Source: an uncultured bacterium (GTDB lineage: Bacteria > Krumholzibacteriota > Krumholzibacteriia > Krumholzibacteriales > CAZTHK01). Taken from it: a DNA stretch of 64,000 nt. The notes under the pieces were generated by a model, which did no database searches, was not told where the DNA came from, and saw only the letters and a program-made list of their open reading frames with translations. The stretch's first letter is position 1; each line of letters starts with the position of its first letter. Location: assembly GCA_964613215.1 (NCBI GenBank), contig CAZTHK010000014.1, positions 23,216-87,215 on the forward strand. Direction: 5' to 3'. This document shows, piece after piece, positions 8,437-19,968 of this stretch. A program made the position numbers and the translations under genes.

Positions 8437-9468
8437 ATGGAAAGTATGAACATAACAGACAGTTACGATTCCGAAATGCTCAAGAGGGTTATAGATCTAT
8501 ATATATCGACCGGTAAACCGGTAAGCTCCAGGGGGGTAAAGGATGCCTGCAACCTGGATGTGAGCAGTGCCAAGATCCGCATGATCATGCATGAGCTCGA
8601 AGAGAAGGGGTTGCTTTATAAGCCCCATGTATCCTCGGGCAGAATACCAACGGATCTGGGGTACAGGGTGTATGTGAATGAGATAGAGGGGGAGAACTAC
8701 CTCAGCGGCAGGTTGATAGAGATGATAGCCACCCGGCTGAGGCAGGACTGGTTTGATGTAAGAGAGGTTATGTCAAGGACTTCACGCTTGCTCAGCGATC
8801 TTACCAGTTATATGGGATTGATAATGGGCAAGTTTTCTCCATCCCTCATCGTGGAGGGGGTAAAGATTTACCGGCGCGAGGGGAGAAGGGGGGTGGTGGT
8901 GCTCAAGCTGAAAAATCTGGATAAAAGGTTAATCTATATAGAATTTAACAGAAGATATTCACCATATGTTATCGATTACGCAGTGCAGATGATAAATGAG
9001 AATATCGTGGGTTACAGTATGGAGGAGGCGGTAAGAAGACTCAAATCCATAACGGGCAACAGGGTGGGTGATGAGAGTGAAATTACAGATCTGGTTTCCC
9101 GGGAGCTGGATCAGCTCTTCAGTTCATCTGTAGACTTAATGTATCACTTTGAGAACAGCCTCGATGAGATTGCAACTATAGAACTTAACAACCCTGATAC
9201 TTTGAAGAATCTGGTAAAGATCATGGGAGAGAGAGGACTTCTGGTGGACCTGATGAGAGGGAGGATGAGGAAGGAGCTGATGGTTACCATAGGCAGCGAG
9301 AATAAGATAAAGGAGCTGGAAGATTTCTCCATAGTGACCAAGAGATTTACCACTCCGGCGGGAAATGGACTGCTGGGTGTATTGGGTCCCACCCGTATGA
9401 GCTATGGGATGGTTATGGAATTACTGCGTTGTTTCGCAGACCAGCTTACCATGTTCCGGATGAGGTAG
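8437..9468 (+). CDS. hrcA: heat-inducible transcription repressor HrcA
   Basis: It has an N-terminal winged-helix region (...ISTGKPVSSRGV...LEEKGLLYKPHVSSGRIPTDLGYRVYV) and heads a grpE-dnaK-dnaJ operon. The ORF is open from the GTG at 8428; ATG candidates are 8437 and 8446. Confidence 0.9.
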   Translation: MESMNITDSYDSEMLKRVIDLYISTGKPVSSRGVKDACNLDVSSAKIRMIMHELEEKGLLYKPHVSSGRIPTDLGYRVYVNEIEGENYLSGRLIEMIATRLRQDWFDVREVMSRTSRLLSDLTSYMGLIMGKFSPSLIVEGVKIYRREGRRGVVVLKLKNLDKRLIYIEFNRRYSPYVIDYAVQMINENIVGYSMEEAVRRLKSITGNRVGDESEITDLVSRELDQLFSSSVDLMYHFENSLDEIATIELNNPDTLKNLVKIMGERGLLVDLMRGRMRKELMVTIGSENKIKELEDFSIVTKRFTTPAGNGLLGVLGPTRMSYGMVMELLRCFADQLTMFRMR

Positions 9469-9504
9469 AGAAAAGTTGAGCAAATTTTAAGGGAGGACAT
9501 AGTA

Positions 9505-10251
9505 TTGAGTAGCACGGATAGAAAGAATGGAAGTATGGATGAACCCGTTGAGGAGAGAGGACCGGAGGAGGGTGAAGAGAAAAACGCGAAAAGCGAACAG
9601 GCCGGAGAGGTGCAGGTTGAAGGGGAGGGTGGTGTGAAAACACAGGCGGGTGGGGAATCTACTTCCGGAAAGACCGAAAGTGAAAAGAAAGATTATACCA
9701 AATTGAAAAAGGGGAAGATTATCGAACTTCTGGCAAAGAAGAACAGGATGCTGGAACAGCAGGAGGAACAGATAGAGAAAATCGCAGAAGATTTTAAAAA
9801 GAAGGAAGATAGACTGTTACGCCTGGCTGCTGAATTTGATAATTACAAGAAAAGAACCAGACGGGAATGGGAATTGCATAAAAAGAGGGCGGGATCAGAT
9901 CTGGTACTGGATTTATTGCCGGTTCTGGATGATTTTGAAAGGGCTCTGGAAGCGTCAGGCGATACCGATGACAGATTTTATAAGGGGGTGGAGATGATCT
10001 GCCAGAGTATGGTAGAGACCCTCCAGCGGAAGGGATTGGAGAGGATAGATGCTCTGGGGCGGAAATTTGATCCCCAACTTCATGAGGCGATGGCAGAGGT
10101 AGAGAGTGAGGAAGTTGAACCGGGATGTGTGTCGAATGTGATCCAGGAGGGATATTTATTTCACGGTCAGCTTTTAAGGCCGGTTAAGGTGTTGGTAGCG
10201 AAAGAGAAAGAGGATGGCGAAGAGGAAGAGGGGGAAGGCGCCGGATTATAA
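9505..10251 (+). CDS. grpE: nucleotide exchange factor GrpE, with acidic N- and C-terminal extensions
   Basis: The core LRLAAEFDNYKKRTRRE...LLPVLDDFERAL...FDPQLHEAM...GYLFHGQLLRPVKV is present. The start is the TTG at 9505, or the ATG at 9535. Confidence 0.93.
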   Translation: MSSTDRKNGSMDEPVEERGPEEGEEKNAKSEQAGEVQVEGEGGVKTQAGGESTSGKTESEKKDYTKLKKGKIIELLAKKNRMLEQQEEQIEKIAEDFKKKEDRLLRLAAEFDNYKKRTRREWELHKKRAGSDLVLDLLPVLDDFERALEASGDTDDRFYKGVEMICQSMVETLQRKGLERIDALGRKFDPQLHEAMAEVESEEVEPGCVSNVIQEGYLFHGQLLRPVKVLVAKEKEDGEEEEGEGAGL

Positions 10252-10276
10252 TGCAGAATTAAGATAAGGGGATAAT

Positions 10277-12088
10277 ATGAGCAAAATAATAGGAATCGAT
10301 CTTGGAACTACCAATTCATGCATATCTATTCTGGAGGGAGACGAACCTGTTATAGTTCCCAATGCCGAAGGAGGCCGTACCACTCCATCGGTGGTGGCTC
10401 TGGCCAAGAACAATGAGCGTATGGTTGGCCATCTGGCCAAGAGGCAGGCCATCACCAATCCCGAGAATACTGTTTACTCCATAAAGCGTTTTATAGGAAG
10501 GCTTTACTCTGAAGCTGAAGAGGAGCTCGAGAAGGTCAGTTACCCTGTGGAGAAGGGTAAGAATGATGAGATTCTGATCAAGTTAAAGGATAAATCATAC
10601 CGTCCCCCCGAAATATCGGCAATAATATTGAGGGCATTGAAGGAGTATGCCGAGGACTATGTGGGCGAGGAGATAAAGGAGGCGGTGATAACCGTTCCGG
10701 CCTACTTCAACGATTCACAGAGACAGGTGACCAAGGATGCCGGAAAAATAGCAGGTCTGAAGGTCAAAAGGATAGTCAATGAACCCACTGCAGCAGCTCT
10801 GGCATATGGCCTGGACAAGGAGAAGGCCGAGAAGATAGCGGTTTACGACTTTGGGGGGGGAACATTCGATATCTCCATCCTGGAACTCAGTGAAGGGGTC
10901 TACCAGGTGAAATCGACCAGTGGAGATACCATGCTGGGAGGAGATGACATAGACCGGGTGGTAATCGACTGGATAATCGAGAAATTCAAGGAGATCAGCG
11001 GTGTTGATCTGACCAATGAGAAGATGGCGGTGCAAAGAATTCATGAGGCTGCTGAGAAGGCAAAATGCGAGCTCAGTTCCATGCACGAGACCAACGTCAA
11101 CCTGCCCTTCATATGTGCGGATGAAGAAGGGCCCAAGCATCTGGATATGACGCTGACCAGGGCGGAGATGGAGAAACTGATACTTCCCATCGTACAGAAG
11201 ACCGCAGAACCCTGTAAGACGGCCATCAAGGATGCCGGGATCGAGCGGGGTGATATAGACGAGATTATTCTGGTAGGCGGCTCCACCAGGATTCCGGCGG
11301 TACGAAGGATGGTCAGGGATTTCTTCGGTAAGGAGGCACACAGGGGAGTCAATCCCGATGAGGTGGTGGCCATGGGGGCCGCTATACAGGGTGGTGTGCT
11401 CAGCGGGGATGTGGATGAGATACTGCTGCTGGATGTTACACCGCTCAGTCTGGGGATTGAAACACTGGGTGGCTTGATGACCACTCTGATAGAAAGGAAT
11501 ACCACCATCCCCTGTAAGAAGAGCCAGATCTTCTCCACCGCCACGGATAATCAACCGGCGGTGAGTATCCATGTGCTTCAGGGGGAGAGGGAGATGGCCA
11601 GGGATAACCGCACCCTGGCCCGGTTCGATCTGGTGGGGATGCCTCCTGCTCCCAGGGGGGTGCCACAGATAGAGGTATCCTTCGATATCGATGCCAACGG
11701 TATTGTGCATGTATCCGCCAAGGACCTGGGGACAGGCAAGGAGCAGAAAATCGAGATAAAGGTATCCAGCGGACTGTCGGATGAGGAGATCGAGAGGATG
11801 ATAGAGGAGGCGGAGGAGTTTGCCGTGGAGGATGAGATCAGGAGGGAGAAGGTCAAGGTTTTAACTGAAGCCGAGATACTGATTTACTCCACTGAACAGA
11901 CCCTGGAGGAGCACGGTGAGAATATCGATAAGGAGGACAGGGAAAATATCGAATCATCCCTGTCCGATTTGAAAGAGAAGCTTGAATCCGGTGAAGATCC
12001 GGATGAAATCAGGAAATCCACTGAAAAGCTGTCGACTGCTGTTTACAAAATAGCAGAATTAATGTATAACACTACTACAGAGAAATAA
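10277..12088 (+). CDS. dnaK: molecular chaperone DnaK (Hsp70)
   Basis: [15 protein letters not shown]..., [12 protein letters not shown]-type motif ([13 protein letters not shown]), [13 protein letters not shown]-type motif. Confidence 0.98.
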   Translation: MSKIIGIDLGTTNSCISILEGDEPVIVPNAEGGRTTPSVVALAKNNERMVGHLAKRQAITNPENTVYSIKRFIGRLYSEAEEELEKVSYPVEKGKNDEILIKLKDKSYRPPEISAIILRALKEYAEDYVGEEIKEAVITVPAYFNDSQRQVTKDAGKIAGLKVKRIVNEPTAAALAYGLDKEKAEKIAVYDFGGGTFDISILELSEGVYQVKSTSGDTMLGGDDIDRVVIDWIIEKFKEISGVDLTNEKMAVQRIHEAAEKAKCELSSMHETNVNLPFICADEEGPKHLDMTLTRAEMEKLILPIVQKTAEPCKTAIKDAGIERGDIDEIILVGGSTRIPAVRRMVRDFFGKEAHRGVNPDEVVAMGAAIQGGVLSGDVDEILLLDVTPLSLGIETLGGLMTTLIERNTTIPCKKSQIFSTATDNQPAVSIHVLQGEREMARDNRTLARFDLVGMPPAPRGVPQIEVSFDIDANGIVHVSAKDLGTGKEQKIEIKVSSGLSDEEIERMIEEAEEFAVEDEIRREKVKVLTEAEILIYSTEQTLEEHGENIDKEDRENIESSLSDLKEKLESGEDPDEIRKSTEKLSTAVYKIAELMYNTTTEK

Positions 12089-12217
12089 AACCACCGCTGA
12101 TCGGCGGCGGGAGTGTATGAGCTGATTGCAGCAGGCCAGTTCCTGTGGCGGCCTGATTGGCATTGGATATTAGGTAATATCATAGCCTTGATTTATCCAT
12201 GGTGAGTGATTGGGTTT

Positions 12218-13375
12218 ATGGAGAAGAAAGATTACTATGATGTACTCGGTGTCAGCCGGGATGCATCCAACGATGAAATTAAGAAGGCTTACCGCAAACT
12301 TGCCCTGAAGTACCACCCGGACAAGAATCCCGGGAATAAGGAAGCTGAACAGAAGTTCAAGGAAGCCACCCAGGCCTACGAAGTTCTCAAGGACAAGGAT
12401 AAACGGGCCAGGTACGACCAGTTCGGCCATGCCGGAGTATCCGGCGCAGCCGGCGGGGGAGGTTATGGCGGCGATTTCTCGGGGGGGTTTGATATCAGCG
12501 ATGCCCTCCGTGCATTTATGCGTGATTTCGGAGGCTTCGGCGGATTCGATGATTTCTTCGGCGCCACCGGAAGAACGGGAAGGAGGGGGAGGCGGAGAAC
12601 CACAGTAGAGAGGGGAAATAATCTCAAGGTAAAGCTGAAACTGACCCTCAGGGAGGTAGCCGGGGAGGTCAGAAAGAAGATCAAGGTCAACCGGATGGTA
12701 AGATGCCCGAAATGCGGTGGTAGCGGAGCCGGGGAGGGCACTTCCAAGCAGACCTGTCCTTCCTGCAACGGCACCGGAGAATTGAGGCAGGTTTCCAAGT
12801 CCCTGTTCGGCCAGTTTGTAAATGTTAGCACCTGCCCCAGGTGCCGGGGTTCGGGGGACATCATAAGCGATCCCTGCACCGAGTGCAGCGGTAGCGGAAG
12901 GGTCAGAGATACCAGAGAGGTTGAGGTGAGGATACCTGCAGGAGTGACATCCGGCAACTACATTACCCTGGAGGGGCAGGGTGATGTGGGTCCCAGAGGC
13001 GGACCTTCCGGCGACCTGATAATAGTAATAGAGGAGCAGGAGGATGATGTTTTTGAAAGGCACGGGGATGATATTCTGTGCGATTACCCCATCTCTTTCT
13101 CCAAGCTGGCTCTGGGTGCCCGTATTGAGGTTCCCACCCTCAGTGGCAAAGCGGCGTTGAAGGTTCCTCCCGGCACTCACTCACATAAGATATTCCGGCT
13201 GAAAGGAAAGGGCATCCCCCATCTTCATTCCCATGGCCGCGGCGACCAGCTGGTGAGACTGGTTGCCTGGACTCCCCAGGATCTGAGTGGCAAGGAGAAG
13301 GAGCTCTTCGAGAAGATAGAGGAAGAGGTAAGAGACAGGCCTCCTGAGTGCGGGAAGAAGATTTATTCCAGGTAG
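12218..13375 (+). CDS. dnaJ: molecular chaperone DnaJ
   Basis: It has a J-domain (KDYYDVLGV...KYHPDKN), a G/F-rich linker and four CxxCxGxG zinc motifs. The ATG at 12218 lies within an ORF open from the GTG at 12206. Confidence 0.97.
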   Translation: MEKKDYYDVLGVSRDASNDEIKKAYRKLALKYHPDKNPGNKEAEQKFKEATQAYEVLKDKDKRARYDQFGHAGVSGAAGGGGYGGDFSGGFDISDALRAFMRDFGGFGGFDDFFGATGRTGRRGRRRTTVERGNNLKVKLKLTLREVAGEVRKKIKVNRMVRCPKCGGSGAGEGTSKQTCPSCNGTGELRQVSKSLFGQFVNVSTCPRCRGSGDIISDPCTECSGSGRVRDTREVEVRIPAGVTSGNYITLEGQGDVGPRGGPSGDLIIVIEEQEDDVFERHGDDILCDYPISFSKLALGARIEVPTLSGKAALKVPPGTHSHKIFRLKGKGIPHLHSHGRGDQLVRLVAWTPQDLSGKEKELFEKIEEEVRDRPPECGKKIYSR

Positions 13376-13542
13376 TCTTTAAACCGGCATTTACCTGCGG
13401 CGGCGTTGGATATGCTGCCTGGGAGCAGAAGGGCTTTTCCCGGAATTCAATAAGCATTGAATAGTACTTGTCTGAAAAGTGCGGGGTATTTTTCTGCAGG
13501 TTATGGAGCCATATATAACTAAACCGTAAAATCAACATCATT

Positions 13543-14271
13543 ATGTCCAGTGAGCGGTACTTTAAAATCGATCCCGGTTCGGTCAGGAATGGAAGAGTCT
13601 GTTTAACCGGCGGTGAGTTTCATCATCTCAGCAGGGTGTCGGGCTTCACAGAGGGAGATGAGTTGATGCTGCTGGATGGGGAGGGCGGGTTGTACAGGGC
13701 TGAGATTGAAAAGATTTCTTCCCAAAGTGCCGATTTAAGGGTGGTATCATCCCGCCCGGCCCGGGAGCCTCCTCCCTTCTGTCTTGCCCTGGCTGTAATA
13801 AGAGCTGGAAGGATGGATATGGCGGTGGAGAAGTGTGTGGAGGTAGGCCTGAGAAGGATTATACCATTCACCTGCCGGAGAAGTGTCTGGTCGGGAGGAG
13901 GGGAAAAGGCTGCCGGAAAGGTAAAGAGACTCTCCAGAAAGGTAGAGGCTGTCTGCAAGCAGAGCGGACAGGCCTGTTTTCCACGGGTGGAAGGGTTGCT
14001 GGATTTTGAATCGCTGTTGGAGGAACTGGACAATTATCAGAGGATACTGCTGGCTGACAGGGACGGAGAGAGGATGGAGGGAAGGGAAGGGAGGGCGCCG
14101 GATGAAAGAACTCTTGGTATAGTCGGACCGGAAGGGGGGTTGACCCCGGAAGAGAAAAAGTTACTTATGGATAAGGGAGTGATACCCGTTTCACTCGGCG
14201 GCAACAGGCTTAGAAGCGAAACTGCAGCAATCTCCCTGGTGGTTTGCATGCATTCTGGATACTCCTGGTAA
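13543..14271 (+). CDS. rsmE: 16S rRNA (uracil1498-N3)-methyltransferase RsmE
   Basis: It has a PUA-like N-terminus, a GPEGGLTPEE motif and a C-terminal SLGGNRLRSETAA. Confidence 0.9.
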   Translation: MSSERYFKIDPGSVRNGRVCLTGGEFHHLSRVSGFTEGDELMLLDGEGGLYRAEIEKISSQSADLRVVSSRPAREPPPFCLALAVIRAGRMDMAVEKCVEVGLRRIIPFTCRRSVWSGGGEKAAGKVKRLSRKVEAVCKQSGQACFPRVEGLLDFESLLEELDNYQRILLADRDGERMEGREGRAPDERTLGIVGPEGGLTPEEKKLLMDKGVIPVSLGGNRLRSETAAISLVVCMHSGYSW

Positions 14272-14610
14272 GATACTATCACTGCCCGGGTTCACGGCAA
14301 AGCATGTATTCAAGTTGGCCTTTCAGGAATATATCGCATCACGGGTGGATAGGCTGACCGGTCCTTATAATGAGGAGAAGGCACAGCTGCATGTATAAAT
14401 CAGTTGATACCGCCGGTGCCCGGACAATATATTGTAGCAAACAAATGAGACCGGAAGGTAGCAGTGCACTCCCGAGCAGGGGGCGATGTTGACACCCGGA
14501 TAAAATTATTGTAGCCTCAGAATTTTACTGCTGATTTACAGCAATTGACAGGATAGCTTTCCGGCAGTTATATTAGATTTGAATCCGGACCGGCAGAGGG
14601 GGGTTAATCC

Positions 14611-15075
14611 ATGGAAAAGAAGGATAATGGGAAGATCACAGATGCAATCCGGGATGATCTTAAAAAGTCCTTGAAGAAGAAGGATAAGAAGAGGATAAGT
14701 GTCCTGCGGATGATGCTCAATGCATTGAACAATAAAAAGATTGAAAAGGGAGAGGAGTTATCCCGGGATGATGAACTGGCTGAGCTTTCTTCCTATGCCA
14801 GGAAGCGTAAGGAATCCATAAAGGAGTACCTTAAAGGGGGGAGGGATGACCTGGTAGAAGAGGAGAAGGGGGAACTGGAGATAGTGATGTCCTATCTTCC
14901 CCAACAGTTGTCCGAAGAGGAGATAGAGCGGGAAGCCGGCAGGATCATAGAGGAGCTGGACGCCGGCGGGATGAGTGATATGGGTAAGGTGATGGGAAAG
15001 ATGATGTCAGAGTTCAAGGGGCGGGCGGATGGCAGGATGGTCAATAGAATAGTGTCGAGAATGTTGAAGGACTGA
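14611..15075 (+). CDS. yqeY: GatB/YqeY domain-containing protein
   Basis: 154 aa, with ...RISVLRMMLNALNNK...YLPQQLSEEEI...GMSDMGKVMGKMM, characteristic of YqeY. Confidence 0.85.
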   Translation: MEKKDNGKITDAIRDDLKKSLKKKDKKRISVLRMMLNALNNKKIEKGEELSRDDELAELSSYARKRKESIKEYLKGGRDDLVEEEKGELEIVMSYLPQQLSEEEIEREAGRIIEELDAGGMSDMGKVMGKMMSEFKGRADGRMVNRIVSRMLKD

Positions 15076-15077
15076 TT

Positions 15078-15692
15078 ATGGAACTGGTTACGGTGGCAAG
15101 GATTATAATCATAGGTATACTTCTGGTTTTCTTTGTTTCCGGTATGCGAAGGGGGTTTATACGTCAGTGCCTGGCCATCATCGGCATAGTGGCAGCGTTT
15201 GTGGGGGCATTTTATCTGGCTCACCACCTGGCTGGAGTATTTACAGAGCAGTTTGGACTCTCCTACAAACCATCGGTGATCATTTCGGCGGTGGTTCTGT
15301 TTGTGGGAATAATCATCGGATTTCATTTTGCCGGTATTACTATTCAGAAGCTGATAGATATTACCCCCCTGGGTATGTTCGACCGGATCGGCGGTGCAGC
15401 TCTGGGGGCTGTCAAGGGAGTGTTGTTCGTGAGTCTTCTGCTGATCATAATTTTATCCCTGCCCCTCCCGGAGGATATATCGGAGAGATTAGAAAGCGAT
15501 ACCATGGTCCGGGTGATTTATCCGGTTTTGCCTGCCTTCTTCGATCTGGTTCTTTCCGCTTTTCCCTCTGACCTCGATTTTGAGGAGGTAATAGATGAAA
15601 ACAGGGCCGGCCGGGCGGTGGACCAGATGAAGAAGAAAGCATCGGAGATAGAAGAAAAGGTGGATCTCCGGAAGAAGAAACTGGTAAATTAG
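15078..15692 (+). CDS. cvpA: CvpA family membrane protein
   Basis: It has four hydrophobic segments and GGALGAVKGVLFVSLLL typical of colicin V production protein homologues. Confidence 0.8.
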   Translation: MELVTVARIIIIGILLVFFVSGMRRGFIRQCLAIIGIVAAFVGAFYLAHHLAGVFTEQFGLSYKPSVIISAVVLFVGIIIGFHFAGITIQKLIDITPLGMFDRIGGAALGAVKGVLFVSLLLIIILSLPLPEDISERLESDTMVRVIYPVLPAFFDLVLSAFPSDLDFEEVIDENRAGRAVDQMKKKASEIEEKVDLRKKKLVN

Positions 15693-15756
15693 GCCCATCC
15701 GCTGGAACCGGGGCAGATATATTTACCTTTAAAAGCGATTGAATTCTTTTTATATC

Positions 15757-18165
15757 ATGGATAATGCCGGGTATATGGGCATGGATGAGAAACTTCCAGA
15801 GGAACTGAAGCACGCCCGGAAGAAGCTGGAATTCGACTCTGTGGTGGAGATAATGGTTGATTATGCTCACTCCCAGAGGACCAGGAGTGATCTTTTCTCC
15901 ATGCAGCCGTTGGATTCTACCGAAAGGGTGGAAACAAGCCAGAGGGAGATCATGGAGCTGGTGAAGCTTCATGAAATGGGAAGGGAGATACCCCTCTCAG
16001 GCTGGCTGGACAGTTATGAATTATTAAAATCAGTACGGGATGCCGGTGCCGTAGCAACCGCAGAAGAGCTGGTAAAGATTTCTGAGGCAGAGACAAGGTG
16101 CCGGAAAGTAAAGGATTTTCTGAATGATAACCGTGATGAAGCAGGGCTTATTTCCCGCTATTCGGAGGGGATCGATATCGATTGTCATTTTACAGGCAGG
16201 GTTGCAGAGGTAATCGGAGATGATTATGAGGTACTGGACAGTGCCAGCCGTGAGCTGAGGGTGATAAGGAGGGGGATATCGGCATTGAGGGATAATTTGC
16301 GGAAGAAATCGGCGGATTTCATAGCCAGAAAGGGGGGAGGAGAGGGGTATGAATTCGTCACCGTAAGAGGGGAGAGGTTTGTGGTTTCCCTTCCCCGTCA
16401 TCAAGCTTCTTCAGTTAAGGGGATAGTCCATCAGGAGAGCAGCAGCGGTGCCTCACTCTATATCGAACCTATAGAATTTGTAGCTGAAAATAACAAACTG
16501 GAATCTCTTGTTCAGGATGAAAAAAGAGAAGTTCAGCGCATACTGGGAGAGCTGACCGGCTATATTTTCGAGGAACGGGAGCGTTTTCTGAAAAATCAGG
16601 ATGTTCTGAAATGTCTGGATATTATCAACTCAAAGGCACTTTTTGCCAGAAGATTCAGGTGTTCCCGACCCCGTCATGAGGATGGAGGCCGGCTTAATCT
16701 CAGGGAGGCCAGACATCCGCTGCTGGAGAAGAGATTCTCGGAGGAGGGAAGGGCGGAATCACTTCAACCCCTGGATTTCGACTGTGAACGTGAAACATGG
16801 TCAGTAGTTATATCCGGTCCCAATGCCGGGGGAAAGACGGTGGCTCTCAAGACGGTGGGATTGCTGGTAATGATGGACCGGGCAGGTTTGCCGGTGCCCG
16901 CTCTGGACGGAAGTATTATACCGCCCTGCCGGGGTGTGTTTGTGGATATAGGAGATGATCAATCCATAGAAAAATCACTGAGCACCTTCTCCTCCAGGAT
17001 CAGGAGGCTGGATATTATCACTCAGCTGGCCGGGCCGGATTCTCTGGTCCTTATCGATGAGGTGGGGGATGGGACGGATCCGGATGAGGGGGCTGCCCTG
17101 GCTGAAGCGGCACTGGATTATTTCGTGGATCAGAGGGTGAAAACAATTGTAACTACTCATATGAGAAGGCTCAAGATCTGGGCTCATGTGAAAGAGGGAG
17201 CCTTGAATGCCACCCTTGAGTTCGATCAGGAGAGCCTTAAACCCCTGTTCAGGCTCAGGTTGGGTGTTCCGGGCAGGAGCTGGGGGATAGAGGTTGCGGG
17301 AAGGTTGGGGCTGTCGGGGGAGATTGTATCCAGGGCCAGGGATATAGTTGGGTCCCAGGCTACCCGGATGGAGGAACTGCTGACATATCTGGAGGAGACC
17401 AAGCAGGCCCTGGATAGGGAGAGGGAGGAGATTTCCTCCCGGGAGAAATATCTGGACCAACTGGTAAGCTCCTACAATGAGCTTACCCGTGATTTCAGGG
17501 ATAAGAAGGATAAAATGGCCCGGGAGGCCCGGGAGGAGGCACTGAATATAGTTTCCACTACCAGAAGGGATATGGAAAATCTGATCAGAAAGATACGTTC
17601 GAGCAGCGCCGAGAGGGGTGTTATAAAGGAAGCAAAATCGGAGATAGAGAAGTCTGGTGAGGGACTGGAAGAGAAGCTGGAAAAAGCCAGGGATAGTACA
17701 CCCTTGGATTTTGACCGGATAAAGCCCGGTATGTGGTGTGAAATCGAGAAGCTGGGCAAGAGGGGCAGGGTGGTGTCAAAAGCTGGTAAGTCAAGGGTTT
17801 TCCTGGAACTTATGGGGGGCGTAAGGGTAGAAACAAGGGTGAAGGAACTTATTCCCTGTGAAAAGCCGCGGGAGAAGGGAAGGCCTTCTTCTGCCTCCTG
17901 GTCGGCCGGCGAATTCAAACCGGTATCGAAGGAATTGATGGTGAGGGGGATGGACAGAATGGAAGCACTGGAGAAGGTGGATATGTTCGTGGACCGGGCT
18001 GTGCTGCAGGGTTTAAGAAAGGTTACCATAATTCACGGGATCGGCAGGGGGATTCTCAGGCAGGCTATCTACAAAAAACTGAAGGATGATCCCCGGGTCG
18101 CATCGGTACACCCGGGTGAACCGGCACTGGGTGGGGATGGAGTAGCAGTGGTTGAACTCAAGTGA
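15757..18165 (+). CDS. mutS2: endonuclease MutS2 (MutS domain plus C-terminal Smr domain)
   Basis: It has a Walker A motif SGPNAGGKTV, DEVGDGTDPDEGAAL, a coiled-coil linker and a C-terminal Smr domain (ELMVRGMDRMEALEKV...IIHGIGRGILRQAI). The ORF is open from the TTG at 15739; ATG candidates are 15757 and 15781. Confidence 0.93.
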   Translation: MDNAGYMGMDEKLPEELKHARKKLEFDSVVEIMVDYAHSQRTRSDLFSMQPLDSTERVETSQREIMELVKLHEMGREIPLSGWLDSYELLKSVRDAGAVATAEELVKISEAETRCRKVKDFLNDNRDEAGLISRYSEGIDIDCHFTGRVAEVIGDDYEVLDSASRELRVIRRGISALRDNLRKKSADFIARKGGGEGYEFVTVRGERFVVSLPRHQASSVKGIVHQESSSGASLYIEPIEFVAENNKLESLVQDEKREVQRILGELTGYIFEERERFLKNQDVLKCLDIINSKALFARRFRCSRPRHEDGGRLNLREARHPLLEKRFSEEGRAESLQPLDFDCERETWSVVISGPNAGGKTVALKTVGLLVMMDRAGLPVPALDGSIIPPCRGVFVDIGDDQSIEKSLSTFSSRIRRLDIITQLAGPDSLVLIDEVGDGTDPDEGAALAEAALDYFVDQRVKTIVTTHMRRLKIWAHVKEGALNATLEFDQESLKPLFRLRLGVPGRSWGIEVAGRLGLSGEIVSRARDIVGSQATRMEELLTYLEETKQALDREREEISSREKYLDQLVSSYNELTRDFRDKKDKMAREAREEALNIVSTTRRDMENLIRKIRSSSAERGVIKEAKSEIEKSGEGLEEKLEKARDSTPLDFDRIKPGMWCEIEKLGKRGRVVSKAGKSRVFLELMGGVRVETRVKELIPCEKPREKGRPSSASWSAGEFKPVSKELMVRGMDRMEALEKVDMFVDRAVLQGLRKVTIIHGIGRGILRQAIYKKLKDDPRVASVHPGEPALGGDGVAVVELK

Positions 18166-18174
18166 GGGAACGGG

Positions 18175-19968
18175 ATGATTCCAGAGGAAGTTATCCAGGA
18201 AATAAGGGACAGGACCGACATAGTTGAAGTAATCGGTTCTGTGGTTAATCTTCAGCGTAAGGGGCAGAATTATGTGGCTCTGTGTCCTTTCCACCAGGAC
18301 AAGAAGCCCAGCTTTACGGTTAGTCCGCGGAAACAGATATATCACTGTTTCGGCTGCCACAGGGGAGGAAATGTCATTAATTTCCTGATGGAGTATGAGG
18401 GGACCGGTTTTGTGGATGTGGTCAGGAGACTTGGCAGGGATGCTGGTGTAGAGGTGGAACAGTATCTCAAGAAGGATAAGGTTCGAAGCAGCCGCTTTCA
18501 GCGTTTTTACAGGGCCATGGAGTTCGCAGCCGGGTTCTACCAGAAAGCTCTGAATAGCAGGAAAGATGCCGGTAAGGCAAAGCAATATTTAAAGAAAAGG
18601 GGAATCAGTTCAGGGACGGTAGATGAATTTTCCATAGGTTTTGCTCCCTCCGGGTGGGATAATCTGGAGAAAGCCGCAACCAGGGAGGGTATCGGGCTGG
18701 AGACCCTCCTGAAGCTTGATCTGGTAAGAAAGAACAGGAGGGGGGGCGGACAGCATGATTATTTCCGTAACAGGCTGATATTTCCAATTAAGTCGCTATC
18801 CAGGAGGTATGTAGGGCTGGCCGGAAGGGTTCTGGATGATTCAGAGCCTAAATACCTTAATTCATCAGAGAGCCCCATATATTCCAAGGGAAAAATTTTA
18901 TATGGACTGGCTGATTCCAGGGAAAATATAAGAAAAAGCGGTAATGTTATATTGGTAGAGGGTTACATGGATTACTTAATGTTATGGGATAAAAATATCC
19001 GGAATGCGGCGGCGGTTTGCGGTACAGCTTTAACAAAAGAACAGGCCGGTATACTTGCGAGGCTGGCAAAACGTGTATATATTATAAATGATGGAGACGA
19101 AGCTGGTACCAGGGCAGCGGTAAGGGCTGCCGACCAGTTGATAGGAGAAGAGTTAGAAGTTCAGATAGTAAAACTGCCCCGGCGAGAGGATCCGGATAGT
19201 TTTGTAAAGAAGCATGGAGCAGATGCGTTGAAGAGCAGGATGCGTTCTGCTCCGAATTATTTTAGCTATCTCAGAGAGGAAGCTGAGAGAGGAAAGAATA
19301 AGACCTACAGGAGGAATCAGGTTATAAAACATCTGCTAAATTCTGTCGAAAGAGTCAGGGATCCCATTCGAAGGGAATTGTATTACCAGGAAATATCGGA
19401 ATTATTCAAGGTTCCCGTGGATGCATTGAGGAATGGAGCATCCTTCCGTGGCGGGGTTGAGAGGGGAAGGGGCAGAAGGAAGACAGTATCCGGCAAGAGC
19501 AACAAGCGGGAAGAATTTCAAAAGATAATTTTTCGTATTGCTCTGGAGAATAAGAATTTCGCCGAAATCCTGCTGAACGGGATCGAGATGGAGGTTCTGG
19601 AGGGGGAACTGTACCGCAAGCTTTTTAGCATGATTGACCAGGCGGTAGATAGTAATATTGATATTGGAGATTCAGCATTCCTCGGCAGTATAGATGAACC
19701 GGAGTTAGCCAGATTTGTTTCCGAACTGGCGTTGATGGACCTGCCCCCCGGCCCTGTCGAAAGCTTCCTGGTGGATACCATGATCTGGTTGAAATCGGCA
19801 TGGCTCAGGGACAGGAAAGATCATCTTAAAATGAAGTTAACTGAACTCGAGGAGGATGGCAAGAGTGAATCAGAAGAGGCTGTAAGAATCGTAGAGGATT
19901 ACAGGGACGTGACAAAAAAGTTGAAGAGTTTTTGTCCAGGGGAAGGAAGAGAATCAAATGAATCTTGA
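18175..19968 (+). CDS. dnaG: DNA primase
   Basis: It has a zinc-finger [25 protein letters not shown] and a TOPRIM region ([10 protein letters not shown]...IINDGDEAG). It overlaps the rpoD start by 11 nt. Confidence 0.96.
   Translation: MIPEEVIQEIRDRTDIVEVIGSVVNLQRKGQNYVALCPFHQDKKPSFTVSPRKQIYHCFGCHRGGNVINFLMEYEGTGFVDVVRRLGRDAGVEVEQYLKKDKVRSSRFQRFYRAMEFAAGFYQKALNSRKDAGKAKQYLKKRGISSGTVDEFSIGFAPSGWDNLEKAATREGIGLETLLKLDLVRKNRRGGGQHDYFRNRLIFPIKSLSRRYVGLAGRVLDDSEPKYLNSSESPIYSKGKILYGLADSRENIRKSGNVILVEGYMDYLMLWDKNIRNAAAVCGTALTKEQAGILARLAKRVYIINDGDEAGTRAAVRAADQLIGEELEVQIVKLPRREDPDSFVKKHGADALKSRMRSAPNYFSYLREEAERGKNKTYRRNQVIKHLLNSVERVRDPIRRELYYQEISELFKVPVDALRNGASFRGGVERGRGRRKTVSGKSNKREEFQKIIFRIALENKNFAEILLNGIEMEVLEGELYRKLFSMIDQAVDSNIDIGDSAFLGSIDEPELARFVSELALMDLPPGPVESFLVDTMIWLKSAWLRDRKDHLKMKLTELEEDGKSESEEAVRIVEDYRDVTKKLKSFCPGEGRESNES

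Noticed and set aside
10715-11710. A 331-aa minus-strand ORF, plus other minus-strand ORFs in 11041-11856.
   Set aside because: They are antisense shadows of dnaK.
12170-13180. A 336-aa minus-strand ORF.
   Set aside because: It is antisense to dnaJ. Its Gly/Pro/Ala-rich composition mirrors the dnaJ G/F and Cys-repeat regions.
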